Assembly (NCBI RefSeq): GCF_030689305.1
Contig: NZ_JAUYVM010000022.1
Coordinates: 14,433-54,432, forward strand
Origin: Vibrio penaeicida
GTDB taxonomy: Bacteria > Pseudomonadota > Gammaproteobacteria > Enterobacterales > Vibrionaceae
Length of the DNA: 40,000 nucleotides
Direction: 5' to 3'
Shown: positions 15,511 through 22,568 of the stretch, one piece after another
How positions within the stretch are numbered: position 1 is the stretch's first letter
Layout: every line of letters begins with the position of its first letter
The notes under the pieces: generated by a model
Databases searched by the model: none
What the model saw: only the letters and a program-made list of their open reading frames with translations
Told to the model about the DNA's origin: nothing
Program-made: the position numbers and the translations under genes

Positions 15511-16053
15511 TTGATCGATAAATTGACTGGATTAACAGATTATTTTAGAAAAATACCTGCATCCTTTTTGGTGGCAATTGTTTGTGTATTAGGTCTGATT
15601 CTATTTTTACCTAACGATATAGCAGTAACGCTTGCTGTTGATGGTTTCAGAGATGATTACCGAGTTTTCCTTGGTCCTGCTTTTTTGCTTACGTTTTCAT
15701 TTTGTGTTGCGCGAATATTTATATTTCTTATGAAAAGGCATAGACAGAAAAAGAATTTAAAGCATAAACAAGATTCATTACATCAGCTTACTCCTGAGGA
15801 GAAAGGTTATTTAATTCATTACATCGAGAATGAACAGAATACCATATATGTGGGTGTTGATGATGGAATAATGGCAGGTTTAAGAGCGAAGGGCATTACT
15901 TATTTGGCCGCAAATATGGGTGATGCATTGAATGGCTTTGCATTTAATCTTCAAACTTGGGCTCGTGATTATTTATCCAAAAACCCACAACTCTTAAATG
16001 GCTATGTAGGTCGTCCGATGACACCGAGAGAAAAATTGCATGCAGGTTGGTAG
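15511..16053 (+). CDS. Cassette F: SieB-like superinfection-exclusion membrane protein candidate
   Basis: TTG start 9 nt after GGAGA. There are two N-terminal TM segments, then a basic stretch, then SLHQLTPEEKGYLIHYIENEQNTIYV. The architecture recalls SieB-family proteins, recognised from memory. Confidence 0.35.
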   Translation: MIDKLTGLTDYFRKIPASFLVAIVCVLGLILFLPNDIAVTLAVDGFRDDYRVFLGPAFLLTFSFCVARIFIFLMKRHRQKKNLKHKQDSLHQLTPEEKGYLIHYIENEQNTIYVGVDDGIMAGLRAKGITYLAANMGDALNGFAFNLQTWARDYLSKNPQLLNGYVGRPMTPREKLHAGW

Positions 16054-16209
16054 TACGTTCGTTTGAGTTAATAAGGTTATCTGACGTGTTACGTTCTTCA
16101 GTTTTGGTGAGTTCATCGTGGCACACCTTATTGCAAGCGCTATGTGGTAATAGACATAGTTTAACTAAACACTATAGTGCGTCGTTTTATTTATTGTGGA
16201 GTGTTATGT
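16054..16209 (+). repeat. attC-like site, degenerate left end, R' GTTATGT at 16203-16209
   Basis: It shares TTTTGGTGAG...GGCACACCTTATTGCAA with 13642-13746. It ends GTTATGT, overlapping the GTG start of cassette G. Confidence 0.4.
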
Positions 16210-16765
16210 GAAACGAAATATATTATTAGTTTGTTGTGTGTTGCTAATGCCCTTCACATCTAAAGCTAAAGCTCCTTTCGGGCTAGCATGGGAAATGAGC
16301 AAAGGTGATTTACTTGGTGAATACCAAGACTTAGGCAGTAAAAAGTTAAGTAAAAGGGTGATTCATACTGGTAGGTTTTTTAACTTATATGTACCAAACC
16401 CTGATGCTGCATTTGATGATTATGTAGGGTACGTAAATAATGATGGTCTATATGCTGTAGTCGCAAGTTCAATTAAGTTTGAGGATGACTATTTGGGGAA
16501 AAAAGGCATTAATCAGTTTTATCAGTATGTTAGGTTACTAGAGACTAGTGGTTTCAATAAGTATCAATCAGTCATAAAGAAGCAAGACAGTTCAAAAGGC
16601 TTTTATTCATGTAATAGCTACATTGGTTGTATTAGTTACTGGTGGAGAGGAAAAAATAAAGCTGGTGATACTGTCGATGTAACAGTGGGACCATCCTATG
16701 GTGATTCCAGTGGAAAGATTCAAGTGACGTACCTAAAGGGGAGTATTTCGATTAGTGGCTTTTGA
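16208..16765 (+). CDS. Cassette G: secreted protein (signal peptide), unknown function
   Basis: GTG at 16208 with GGAG 6 nt upstream. MKRNILLVCCVLLMPFTSKAKA/PF is a signal peptide. Confidence 0.5.
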   Translation: MKRNILLVCCVLLMPFTSKAKAPFGLAWEMSKGDLLGEYQDLGSKKLSKRVIHTGRFFNLYVPNPDAAFDDYVGYVNNDGLYAVVASSIKFEDDYLGKKGINQFYQYVRLLETSGFNKYQSVIKKQDSSKGFYSCNSYIGCISYWWRGKNKAGDTVDVTVGPSYGDSSGKIQVTYLKGSISISGF

Positions 16766-16814
16766 GTCGGCATGATTGGTTCAGTACCCAAAATTGTTAG
16801 CTAAAAACTCAGCC

Positions 16815-17138
16815 ACATTACACATATGAGCCTTTCGCCAGTCAATAGGCAATAACGTTATCCTGGCAGCGATAGCAGCCAATCCACCTCGAACAACAAA
16901 GTCATCAACTTCGTTTTGTCATTTCGTTCACGAATGTGCGCCTCCAGACGCTTTCATTAATATGCATATAAATGCACTTGTTGCTATGATAGCCAGCAGA
17001 TTAGGTCGAGTATCGGATTTGTGGAGAATGACTTTCGCGTTGGAGTCAACGACGCGGATACTAAAGTGATTTTTGCTGAACCTGTACCACCTCAGTGTGG
17101 CAGATTCTACAAACGGGAATCCATGTCATTCGTTATAT
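16815..17138 (+). repeat. Composite attC position (ACATTAC...GTTATAT) with 125-nt module plus more decayed IS110-family relic
   Basis: 16820-16946 aligns with the module. 16985-17095 aligns with the transposase relic of 15260-15390 but has a 1-nt deletion and an internal deletion of about 45 bp. Confidence 0.55.
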
Positions 17139-17150
17139 AAGTAGGATAGT

Positions 17151-17963
17151 ATGTCTAAAAAATATTCAAGATCTGACTTAATGAAGATCGCTATAGAAGA
17201 GCACTTAAAGTGTACAGAGTTTCCACGAGTTGGAGTTGTTATTGCGAAAAGTGGTGAAGTATTGGCTACTGGTTATCGTGGTGAAACAAAGAATGTTCAT
17301 GCTGAGCGTATTGCGATAAGAAAGCTAACTGCTGAACAGGTTAAAGGTGTAACAGTCTATACTACGTTGGAGCCATGCGTTGAATTACGTGAGGAGCAAG
17401 AGATATCATCTTGTGCTCAATTATTGATCGATTCTGGAGTCAGTGATGTTGTTATCGGTGTTCTAGACCCTAATGGAACTATTTACTCCCAAGGTTATAG
17501 AAAGCTATTGGAAAACAATATTAATGTTAGTTTCTTTAATCGAAAACTCAGGGCTGCTGTAGAAGAGGAAACTTTTGACTGTGGCAATATACATAAAATT
17601 TATGGCTGTGGTAAAAGAAGAGTCCCAGTGATACACAGTGGAAACGAAATTGAAGTCCAGTTTAGTCAGACAGATGAAAGAATAATTAATATAAAATGGG
17701 CAACATTGCAGCCAGTACATGGATGCGTTGATCTTCAATGTAGTAATGGCAATAGCTCTGTACGAGTCGCTGCTGGTGTGAGAAGTTTCGGAGATATTAG
17801 TGATCCTACGATATTTCGCTTTCCAAGCCATTACTCAAGAATGAAAATAGGTGATATTGCAATAGTTAAACCATCAAACGCCACTTTTTATGTTTTGATT
17901 CAACTGATTAAAATTTTCGATAACGATATCATCTTCAAATGGGAAGTTAGAAATGATAGGTAA
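17151..17963 (+). CDS. Cassette H: RibD/CDA-type zinc deaminase domain fused to unknown ~130-aa C-terminal domain
   Basis: The motifs are HAERIAI (H-A-E) and TLEPCVELREEQEISSCAQLLIDSGVSDVVIG. The second is the PC...C zinc motif with the longer cysteine spacing seen in RibD, whose deaminase domain reads TLEPCSHHGRTPPCCDALI. The C-terminal half is not recognisable. Confidence 0.65.
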   Translation: MSKKYSRSDLMKIAIEEHLKCTEFPRVGVVIAKSGEVLATGYRGETKNVHAERIAIRKLTAEQVKGVTVYTTLEPCVELREEQEISSCAQLLIDSGVSDVVIGVLDPNGTIYSQGYRKLLENNINVSFFNRKLRAAVEEETFDCGNIHKIYGCGKRRVPVIHSGNEIEVQFSQTDERIINIKWATLQPVHGCVDLQCSNGNSSVRVAAGVRSFGDISDPTIFRFPSHYSRMKIGDIAIVKPSNATFYVLIQLIKIFDNDIIFKWEVRNDR

Positions 17964-17984
17964 GTGAGTATGAGCTGAAGGTTT

Positions 17985-18111
17985 ACATAACAAATGTATC
18001 AACAAGATTTGTTACATTCGGCATTGTCAGTTTGTCTCAAATTTCAGTGGTTAAGACAGTAAAATTCAGTTAAGCCTGTATCGTAGCAAAAGTACTATGC
18101 AGGTGTTAGAA
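17985..18111 (+). repeat. attC site of a different sequence class (ACATAAC...GTTAGAA), 127 bp
   Basis: R'' ACATAAC at 17985 and R' GTTAGAA at 18105. The arm ends are partly complementary. It ends 30 nt before the next ATG. Confidence 0.6.
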
Positions 18112-18141
18112 CGTTTAAGGGTAATCTGATATGGAGGGGCT

Positions 18142-18780
18142 ATGATAGTTGACTTAAGCCAAGTTCAAAATCGATCTTGCTTTATTTTTGGTAGTGCTCT
18201 TATTCTTTTGTCGTGGATTACACAAAACTATCTTAATTCCTCTTGGAATGAAGAGCGCCTTTTTCATGAAAGAGCTCAATTAAATAGATTAATTGAAGAG
18301 TTAGAAATCAATTTATGGACAAGTACTTTACTACTGGAAAGTTCAAAAGATAAACCTGATGAAGATGTAGTACTTCAGTCAACTTTCAAAATTGCATTGC
18401 ACTCAATTAGCTTGATGACATGGCACATATCTCCCTTTTTAGACGCGCCTGAGGACATACGCTCATCTCTAAACGAGAAGCATAAGCTTGAGAGAAGGGC
18501 TAGAGAGTATTTGCAAAAAAAAGATATCAAATCGTTAACTGTACTTCAGAATATGATCGCAATAGATTTGAATAAGAACGCTATTTCCTCACGAGATCGC
18601 ATTGCATCAAAGCATCAAGAGCTTTTGTTTAAGGTTAAAAGCTCTGGCAACGTATTTTTGTTCCTCTACGTGTGTGGAACGTTATTAATAGGCTTCAGTT
18701 ATTTAAAAAAGAAGGAGCTGGCTTCTTCATTACCAAAGCAATTAAAACCAAAGCGGAAAACAAAAAGGCGTAAAAGGTAA
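18142..18780 (+). CDS. Cassette I: membrane protein (TM - coiled-coil - TM, basic tail), unknown function
   Basis: GGAGGGG RBS. TM segments are CFIFGSALILLSWI and VFLFLYVCGTLLIGFSYL. The C-terminus is KPKRKTKRRKR. Confidence 0.55.
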   Translation: MIVDLSQVQNRSCFIFGSALILLSWITQNYLNSSWNEERLFHERAQLNRLIEELEINLWTSTLLLESSKDKPDEDVVLQSTFKIALHSISLMTWHISPFLDAPEDIRSSLNEKHKLERRAREYLQKKDIKSLTVLQNMIAIDLNKNAISSRDRIASKHQELLFKVKSSGNVFLFLYVCGTLLIGFSYLKKKELASSLPKQLKPKRKTKRRKR

Positions 18781-18782
18781 CG

Positions 18783-18908
18783 TTCTAACAAAACGCTTCA
18801 AGCCGACCGCCAACGCATGGCATTTTTGGTTTGCAGCAATAATTGTGTTTAAGACGCAATGCGGTAGCTTGATTTGTTCGCTGTCTGCGGTTTAAGTTGG
18901 CGTTATGC
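18783..18908 (+). repeat. attC site (VCR-like), 126 bp
   Basis: TTCTAAC...TTCAAGCCGACC...TGGCATTTTTGGTTTGCAG...GCGGTTTAAGTTGGCGTTATGC. Confidence 0.8.
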
Positions 18909-18922
18909 CACTAAGGTAAAGT

Positions 18923-19351
18923 TTGGTGACGAAGAAAGGTTATAAAAGAGAGCATATTTTCCCTAACGAATCTTATGTACAAGAAGCTATTGATAGATAT
19001 TTTCTGACCGCTGGTTATGAAATCATAGACGACAAATATACTGACTTAGTTTGTAAGCACCCTTCAACCAAAGAAACATGGTATATCGAAGCTAAGGGTT
19101 TAACATCTCAAGTCGGTTTGGATTTCCGTACCTGTATTGGGCAGGTTGTACAAAGAATGAAAGTGCAGGGTGCAAACTATGCTATTGCAGTTCCCGACAT
19201 TCAAAAATTTAGAGATCAGCTTTTAATTGTCGCTCCACATGTAAGAGAAATACTAAACTTGTACTGGGTTTTAGTGGACGAGAATCAGTCGGTAGTCATC
19301 GTGTCTCCAGAGCAAAATTTGCATAATAAATTGCCTAAGTGTGACGGTTAA
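18923..19351 (+). CDS. Cassette J: small PD-(D/E)xK nuclease-fold-like protein
   Basis: ...YTDLVCKHPSTKETWYIEAKG... fits D-x(n)-E-x-K. 142 aa. TTG/GTG start at 18923/18926. Confidence 0.4.
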   Translation: MVTKKGYKREHIFPNESYVQEAIDRYFLTAGYEIIDDKYTDLVCKHPSTKETWYIEAKGLTSQVGLDFRTCIGQVVQRMKVQGANYAIAVPDIQKFRDQLLIVAPHVREILNLYWVLVDENQSVVIVSPEQNLHNKLPKCDG

Positions 19352-19446
19352 CCATTGGCAGTTTTGGTTTGCGGTGAAATTAGTGTTTAGAGCGCAATAC
19401 AGCGGCTTGTTTTGTGCGTTGTCTGCGGCTTAAGCGAGCGTTATAT
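19346..19446 (+). repeat. attC site (VCR-like, shortened left arm), 101 bp
   Basis: GGTTAAC overlaps the stop codon. Then TGGCAGTTTTGGTTTGCGG...GCGGCTTAAGCGAGCGTTATAT. Confidence 0.7.
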
Positions 19447-19460
19447 AATTTGGAGATCAA

Positions 19461-19979
19461 ATGGACATTAATAAAAAGGACTTCGTCCTTAAGATAGCAC
19501 TTTCAAACACTCAAAGCGCTGCATTTCAAAGAGGATATGTTTATTCATCTAATGTTTCTGATTCAGATAAGTCTAAATTTTCGAAATATTTTCGCTCTCG
19601 TTTAAGAAGCCTAGAAAGCACGTATTCTAGTCAGCCTAATGAGATGGAGCACATAGAAATTATTGAGTCTTTCAGGGAAGACATTTCAAACAAATATGCT
19701 CACCTGCTACAGGGTAATAAGCTACGGTTTGGTACTGCACAAAAAGCAGTCAATCTATACGTAAAGTTCCTATGGACACTGGGCTACATAGAAGAGCAAC
19801 CTCCACATTGCCCGATTGATGGAATAGTATTGAAATCTTTGGGGCTCAAAGACAAGTGGACTGAACTTGACTGCCGACAACGCTACAAACAGATAATCGA
19901 ATCCGTCAGACAAGAAGCATCTAAAAATAAAATGACAATAGCGGAGTGGGAAATAATGCTCTGGAATGATGTGGCTTAG
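19461..19979 (+). CDS. Cassette K: hypothetical protein
   Basis: 172-aa ORF with a GGAGA RBS. No attC follows it, only a hairpin at 19993-20010. Confidence 0.5.
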   Translation: MDINKKDFVLKIALSNTQSAAFQRGYVYSSNVSDSDKSKFSKYFRSRLRSLESTYSSQPNEMEHIEIIESFREDISNKYAHLLQGNKLRFGTAQKAVNLYVKFLWTLGYIEEQPPHCPIDGIVLKSLGLKDKWTELDCRQRYKQIIESVRQEASKNKMTIAEWEIMLWNDVA

Positions 19980-20063
19980 CTTGTACGTAAATCAGGCAAG
20001 AAATTGCCTGTATGTGAAATGCTGCATAAGTCTTCAAGACCAGTCTAGATATATACTTTCCTA

Positions 20064-20483
20064 GTGTTACGATTTAGCCTCAATGAGCACGTATCTATTG
20101 CTATAACAGGAGGCAGCTTGAATATCAGAGTTATCGTACTTCTTGCCATATTGGCTGGTGGTTCAGCATTTATGAATGCTTATAACACTGTCGGTGATAC
20201 AGTGGAACAGGTCATTGCTTTTGTTACTCCTCTTCTTGCCTACATAGCCATTATTGCTTTGGTTGGAATTTATCAAAAAGTGAAGATATTCAGTGATAAA
20301 TTCATTTCGTACTTCTCTGTCTTCTTTATTCTTTTTACAGTCATTGAGAATGTCTATCCGATGTATCTATATCGCGATCAGACGTTGCCCAGTGATTACC
20401 TACTGCTGTTCTTTTTACAATTACTCTTAAATATTTACATCGTGAAGGTGATTCGCAGTGAACAAAACTCTCAGTCAGCTTAG
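20064..20483 (+). CDS. Multi-pass membrane protein, unknown function
   Basis: About four hydrophobic helices. The start is uncertain: GTG at 20064, or TTG at 20117 after AGGAGG. Confidence 0.45.
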   Translation: MLRFSLNEHVSIAITGGSLNIRVIVLLAILAGGSAFMNAYNTVGDTVEQVIAFVTPLLAYIAIIALVGIYQKVKIFSDKFISYFSVFFILFTVIENVYPMYLYRDQTLPSDYLLLFFLQLLLNIYIVKVIRSEQNSQSA

Positions 20484-20772
20484 TCCGGCTACGCCTTTAT
20501 TGTCAGTTTTACTGAAAATGAAAGGGCAAATAGACAATAAAGTTAATGCAAACGACATTTACAGAGACCTATACCCTGTATTAGAAGAATTACTGATGAA
20601 AGGGTACAGCTTTGAGTCAGCAGAAATTCAAGGGGTCGTTTCTATTCTAAGTGAATTGCCGGCATGGGGAGCAAGGAGAATACACTTTCGGAAAACCTAT
20701 CTGAAAGACATATATACACTAAAGAAGCTCCCAAGAAATCCTAGACACATCCCTTCAGGGTTATGGCACTGA
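20458..20772 (+). CDS. Hypothetical soluble protein overlapping upstream membrane-protein gene
   Basis: 104-aa ORF with a GTG start inside the 3' end of the previous ORF. No family was recognised. Confidence 0.4.
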   Translation: MNKTLSQLSPATPLLSVLLKMKGQIDNKVNANDIYRDLYPVLEELLMKGYSFESAEIQGVVSILSELPAWGARRIHFRKTYLKDIYTLKKLPRNPRHIPSGLWH

Positions 20773-20776
20773 GGCT

Positions 20777-20804
20777 GAGTAAGTTTTTTTTGGAAAACTT
20801 GCTC
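20777..20804. terminator. Hairpin between convergent genes (bidirectional terminator candidate)
   Basis: GAGTAAGTTTT / AAAACTTGCTC stem with a T/A-rich loop. It lies between the + gene ending at 20772 and the - gene ending at 20803. Confidence 0.5.
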
Positions 20805-21015
20805 AATACAGGTATCTCAATATCCCAATGAGTTTGCCAACAGGGCGAGAATATTGAGTTTCCCACCCCAGATATTCTCGTCCGTCACTGTCCTTGTACA
20901 ACCCAAACTCTCCGTTAGGGGGTAATTTCCCAGGGTCAACCACGACCAGATCACCAACCTGTAATGCCAACTCGTTGGGTTCAACCTTCCTGACTCTCTT
21001 TGATATGTAGCGCAT
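20803..21015 (-). CDS. Small protein resembling an S24 (LexA/cI C-terminal) beta-domain without the catalytic Ser
   Basis: ATG at 21015 with AGAGG 7 nt upstream. LALQVGDLVVVDPGKLPPNGEFGLY...VGKLIGILRYL parallels the resident cI segment KDGDLIFVDSQTQWQHGSYVVV...DKIIGTVVFS. Confidence 0.45.
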   Translation of the reverse strand: MRYISKRVRKVEPNELALQVGDLVVVDPGKLPPNGEFGLYKDSDGREYLGWETQYSRPVGKLIGILRYLY

Positions 21016-21256
21016 AGCGAAACCTCTCTTCCTTGATTTGATCAATGGTCACGTCCATGTGCGGGTCAAAAGAAAAAGTAATGCAATGCAAAACATCAAG
21101 TTAGGCAGTCAAAGGCTAAGAGCTAGCATAGGTTGTTCGTGCTGATTTTGAGAAAAATGAATACTTAGCTGAGGCTCTGTTCTATCTATATGATTTCTTT
21201 GCTTGATACACCAACTCGACGGATTTCTTGCTTTTGGATTTGTTTCTTATACATAA

Positions 21257-21276
21257 AACTGTATATAAAAACAGTG
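21257..21276. promoter_or_regulatory. LexA (SOS) box
   Basis: AACTGTATATAAAAACAGTG contains CTGT-N8-ACAG and is close to the gamma-proteobacterial consensus TACTGTATATATATACAGTA. It overlaps a plus-strand TTGTTT-N16-TATATA promoter-like arrangement. Confidence 0.6.
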
Positions 21277-21333
21277 CTCATTTAAGTGAGTAATGTCACT
21301 TTTTGTGGTTGTGTCAACAAGCGAAGCAAGGTT

Positions 21334-21912
21334 TTACTCAGAATCGACTTCGATGAAGTTAACACCAGATAAGTTATTAGAGGTCACTACATCGAAAAAA
21401 CCGCCTGGCTGGTCAGTGCAAAAAGTGCGCAAACCCGCTCCCTGGACTCTGAAAATCCCACCGTCCGAAATCGACTCTTTGGCTAGGACCAACTTCTTGA
21501 AAGGACGCACGCGACTTGGCTTACCGTTACGAAGGTTCACGACGGTTTTTTCTTTGTCAATGGCATCAATAGTTTTGGTGATATTCAAAGTTAACCAGCG
21601 CTCTCCATTAAGATTTAACGGCAAGAACTCGCTGCATGTTTTCAATCCATCGAACTTTTTCATTGTCTCTTCTGAGGCGGCAAGGGCAGTGGCTCCCCAT
21701 GCGGCAATGTCGGGCTTAGGTAACGTGGGTTCACCGTCAACTTCTAGCCAACCAACATCGATAGAATGCCAGTCAGAAGCTAAAGATTCTCCATTCAAAT
21801 CTGGGAAATTATGAGTGGTTGCCTGAAGTGACATTTCCAGGTTGCTTTCCTGAAGAATAGCAAACTCATTGGCGTTAGCGGTGACAATGAAAACTCGGTT
21901 GAATGTTGTCAT
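21334..21912 (-). CDS. Imm11/DUF1629-like immunity protein paralogue 3
   Basis: Its architecture is shared with 21996-22568 and 23427-24017 (...CSEFLPL...W..LNITK...FR...FCTD...L.G..F). Confidence 0.5.
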   Translation of the reverse strand: MTTFNRVFIVTANANEFAILQESNLEMSLQATTHNFPDLNGESLASDWHSIDVGWLEVDGEPTLPKPDIAAWGATALAASEETMKKFDGLKTCSEFLPLNLNGERWLTLNITKTIDAIDKEKTVVNLRNGKPSRVRPFKKLVLAKESISDGGIFRVQGAGLRTFCTDQPGGFFDVVTSNNLSGVNFIEVDSE

Positions 21913-21995
21913 AATGAACCCTTATAACTGCTTTTCAAAACTTTAGGTATGAAACTCAAAAAGCTCAGCTATGACTTACTTGAACGTATAAAGTC

Positions 21996-22568
21996 TTAAA
22001 ACACCGCCAATAGGTTGGGTTCAAAGCGCAGTCCCTTAAATTTATGACTTTCGCACATCGACTTAAATTCATCGGTTACAAACAATGTTGGACCTACTAA
22101 TTTGGATTTAAATACCAGTTTTTCGGACACATCATCCTGGTTAAATGCCAAGGTATCATACCCATCCTCGATGCCATTGAGGTATCTTTTGGAGCACAAC
22201 TCCGCATCCTCTTTGCCAAACTGCAGACAGTTAAATATGTACATGGGTTCTTCATCCACTCGAATTGGCAGTAATTCTCCTTTCGATTCAAGATAGGGGG
22301 ACAGAGTTTTGGCCGCTTCTGAACTTAAAACGAGATAGGTTCTAAGCCAGACAAAGACGTCCGGAATGCTAGTGTTGTCACCTAACACTTCTTTACTGGA
22401 GCACGATACTTTATCACTCCAATACGGTTGCAAACTGATATTTGATGTTGGCTGTTTACGCAATTCATTAAAGTTAACGCCATTTAGCATAGACGCCAGG
22501 GACATAACGTTGAGGCTAATTGTTCTGAAGTCTTCTGGAAGCTCCATCAATTGGTATATTGCAGTCAT
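21996..22568 (-). CDS. Imm11/DUF1629-like immunity protein, translationally coupled to AHH toxin
   Basis: The start ATG overlaps the toxin stop (ATGA at 22565-22568). MTAIYQLMELPEDFRTISL...GELLPIRV...MYIFNCL...LVFKSKL...LFVTDEFK...KFKGLRFE. Confidence 0.6.
   Translation of the reverse strand: MTAIYQLMELPEDFRTISLNVMSLASMLNGVNFNELRKQPTSNISLQPYWSDKVSCSSKEVLGDNTSIPDVFVWLRTYLVLSSEAAKTLSPYLESKGELLPIRVDEEPMYIFNCLQFGKEDAELCSKRYLNGIEDGYDTLAFNQDDVSEKLVFKSKLVGPTLFVTDEFKSMCESHKFKGLRFEPNLLAVF

Noticed and set aside
10656-19979. The regularly spaced repeats as a CRISPR array
   Set aside because: The repeats are 100-125 bp, imperfect and internally palindromic. They are spaced 0.45-1 kb apart with a full ORF in each interval. 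This is attC-cassette organisation, not CRISPR.
21090-21102. 13-nt identity (AAAACATCAAGTT) with the left arm of the attC-like site at 13650-13662
   Set aside because: It is too short and lacks recognisable R'' and R' cores. It is noted only as a hint that decayed cassettes may extend beyond 19979.
21293-21814. 173-aa plus-strand ORF antisense to the immunity gene
   Set aside because: It has a low-complexity, Ser/Pro/Lys-rich composition and overlaps entirely a better-supported minus-strand gene that has paralogues. It is considered a shadow ORF, although the SOS-box-overlapping promoter could still give an antisense RNA.
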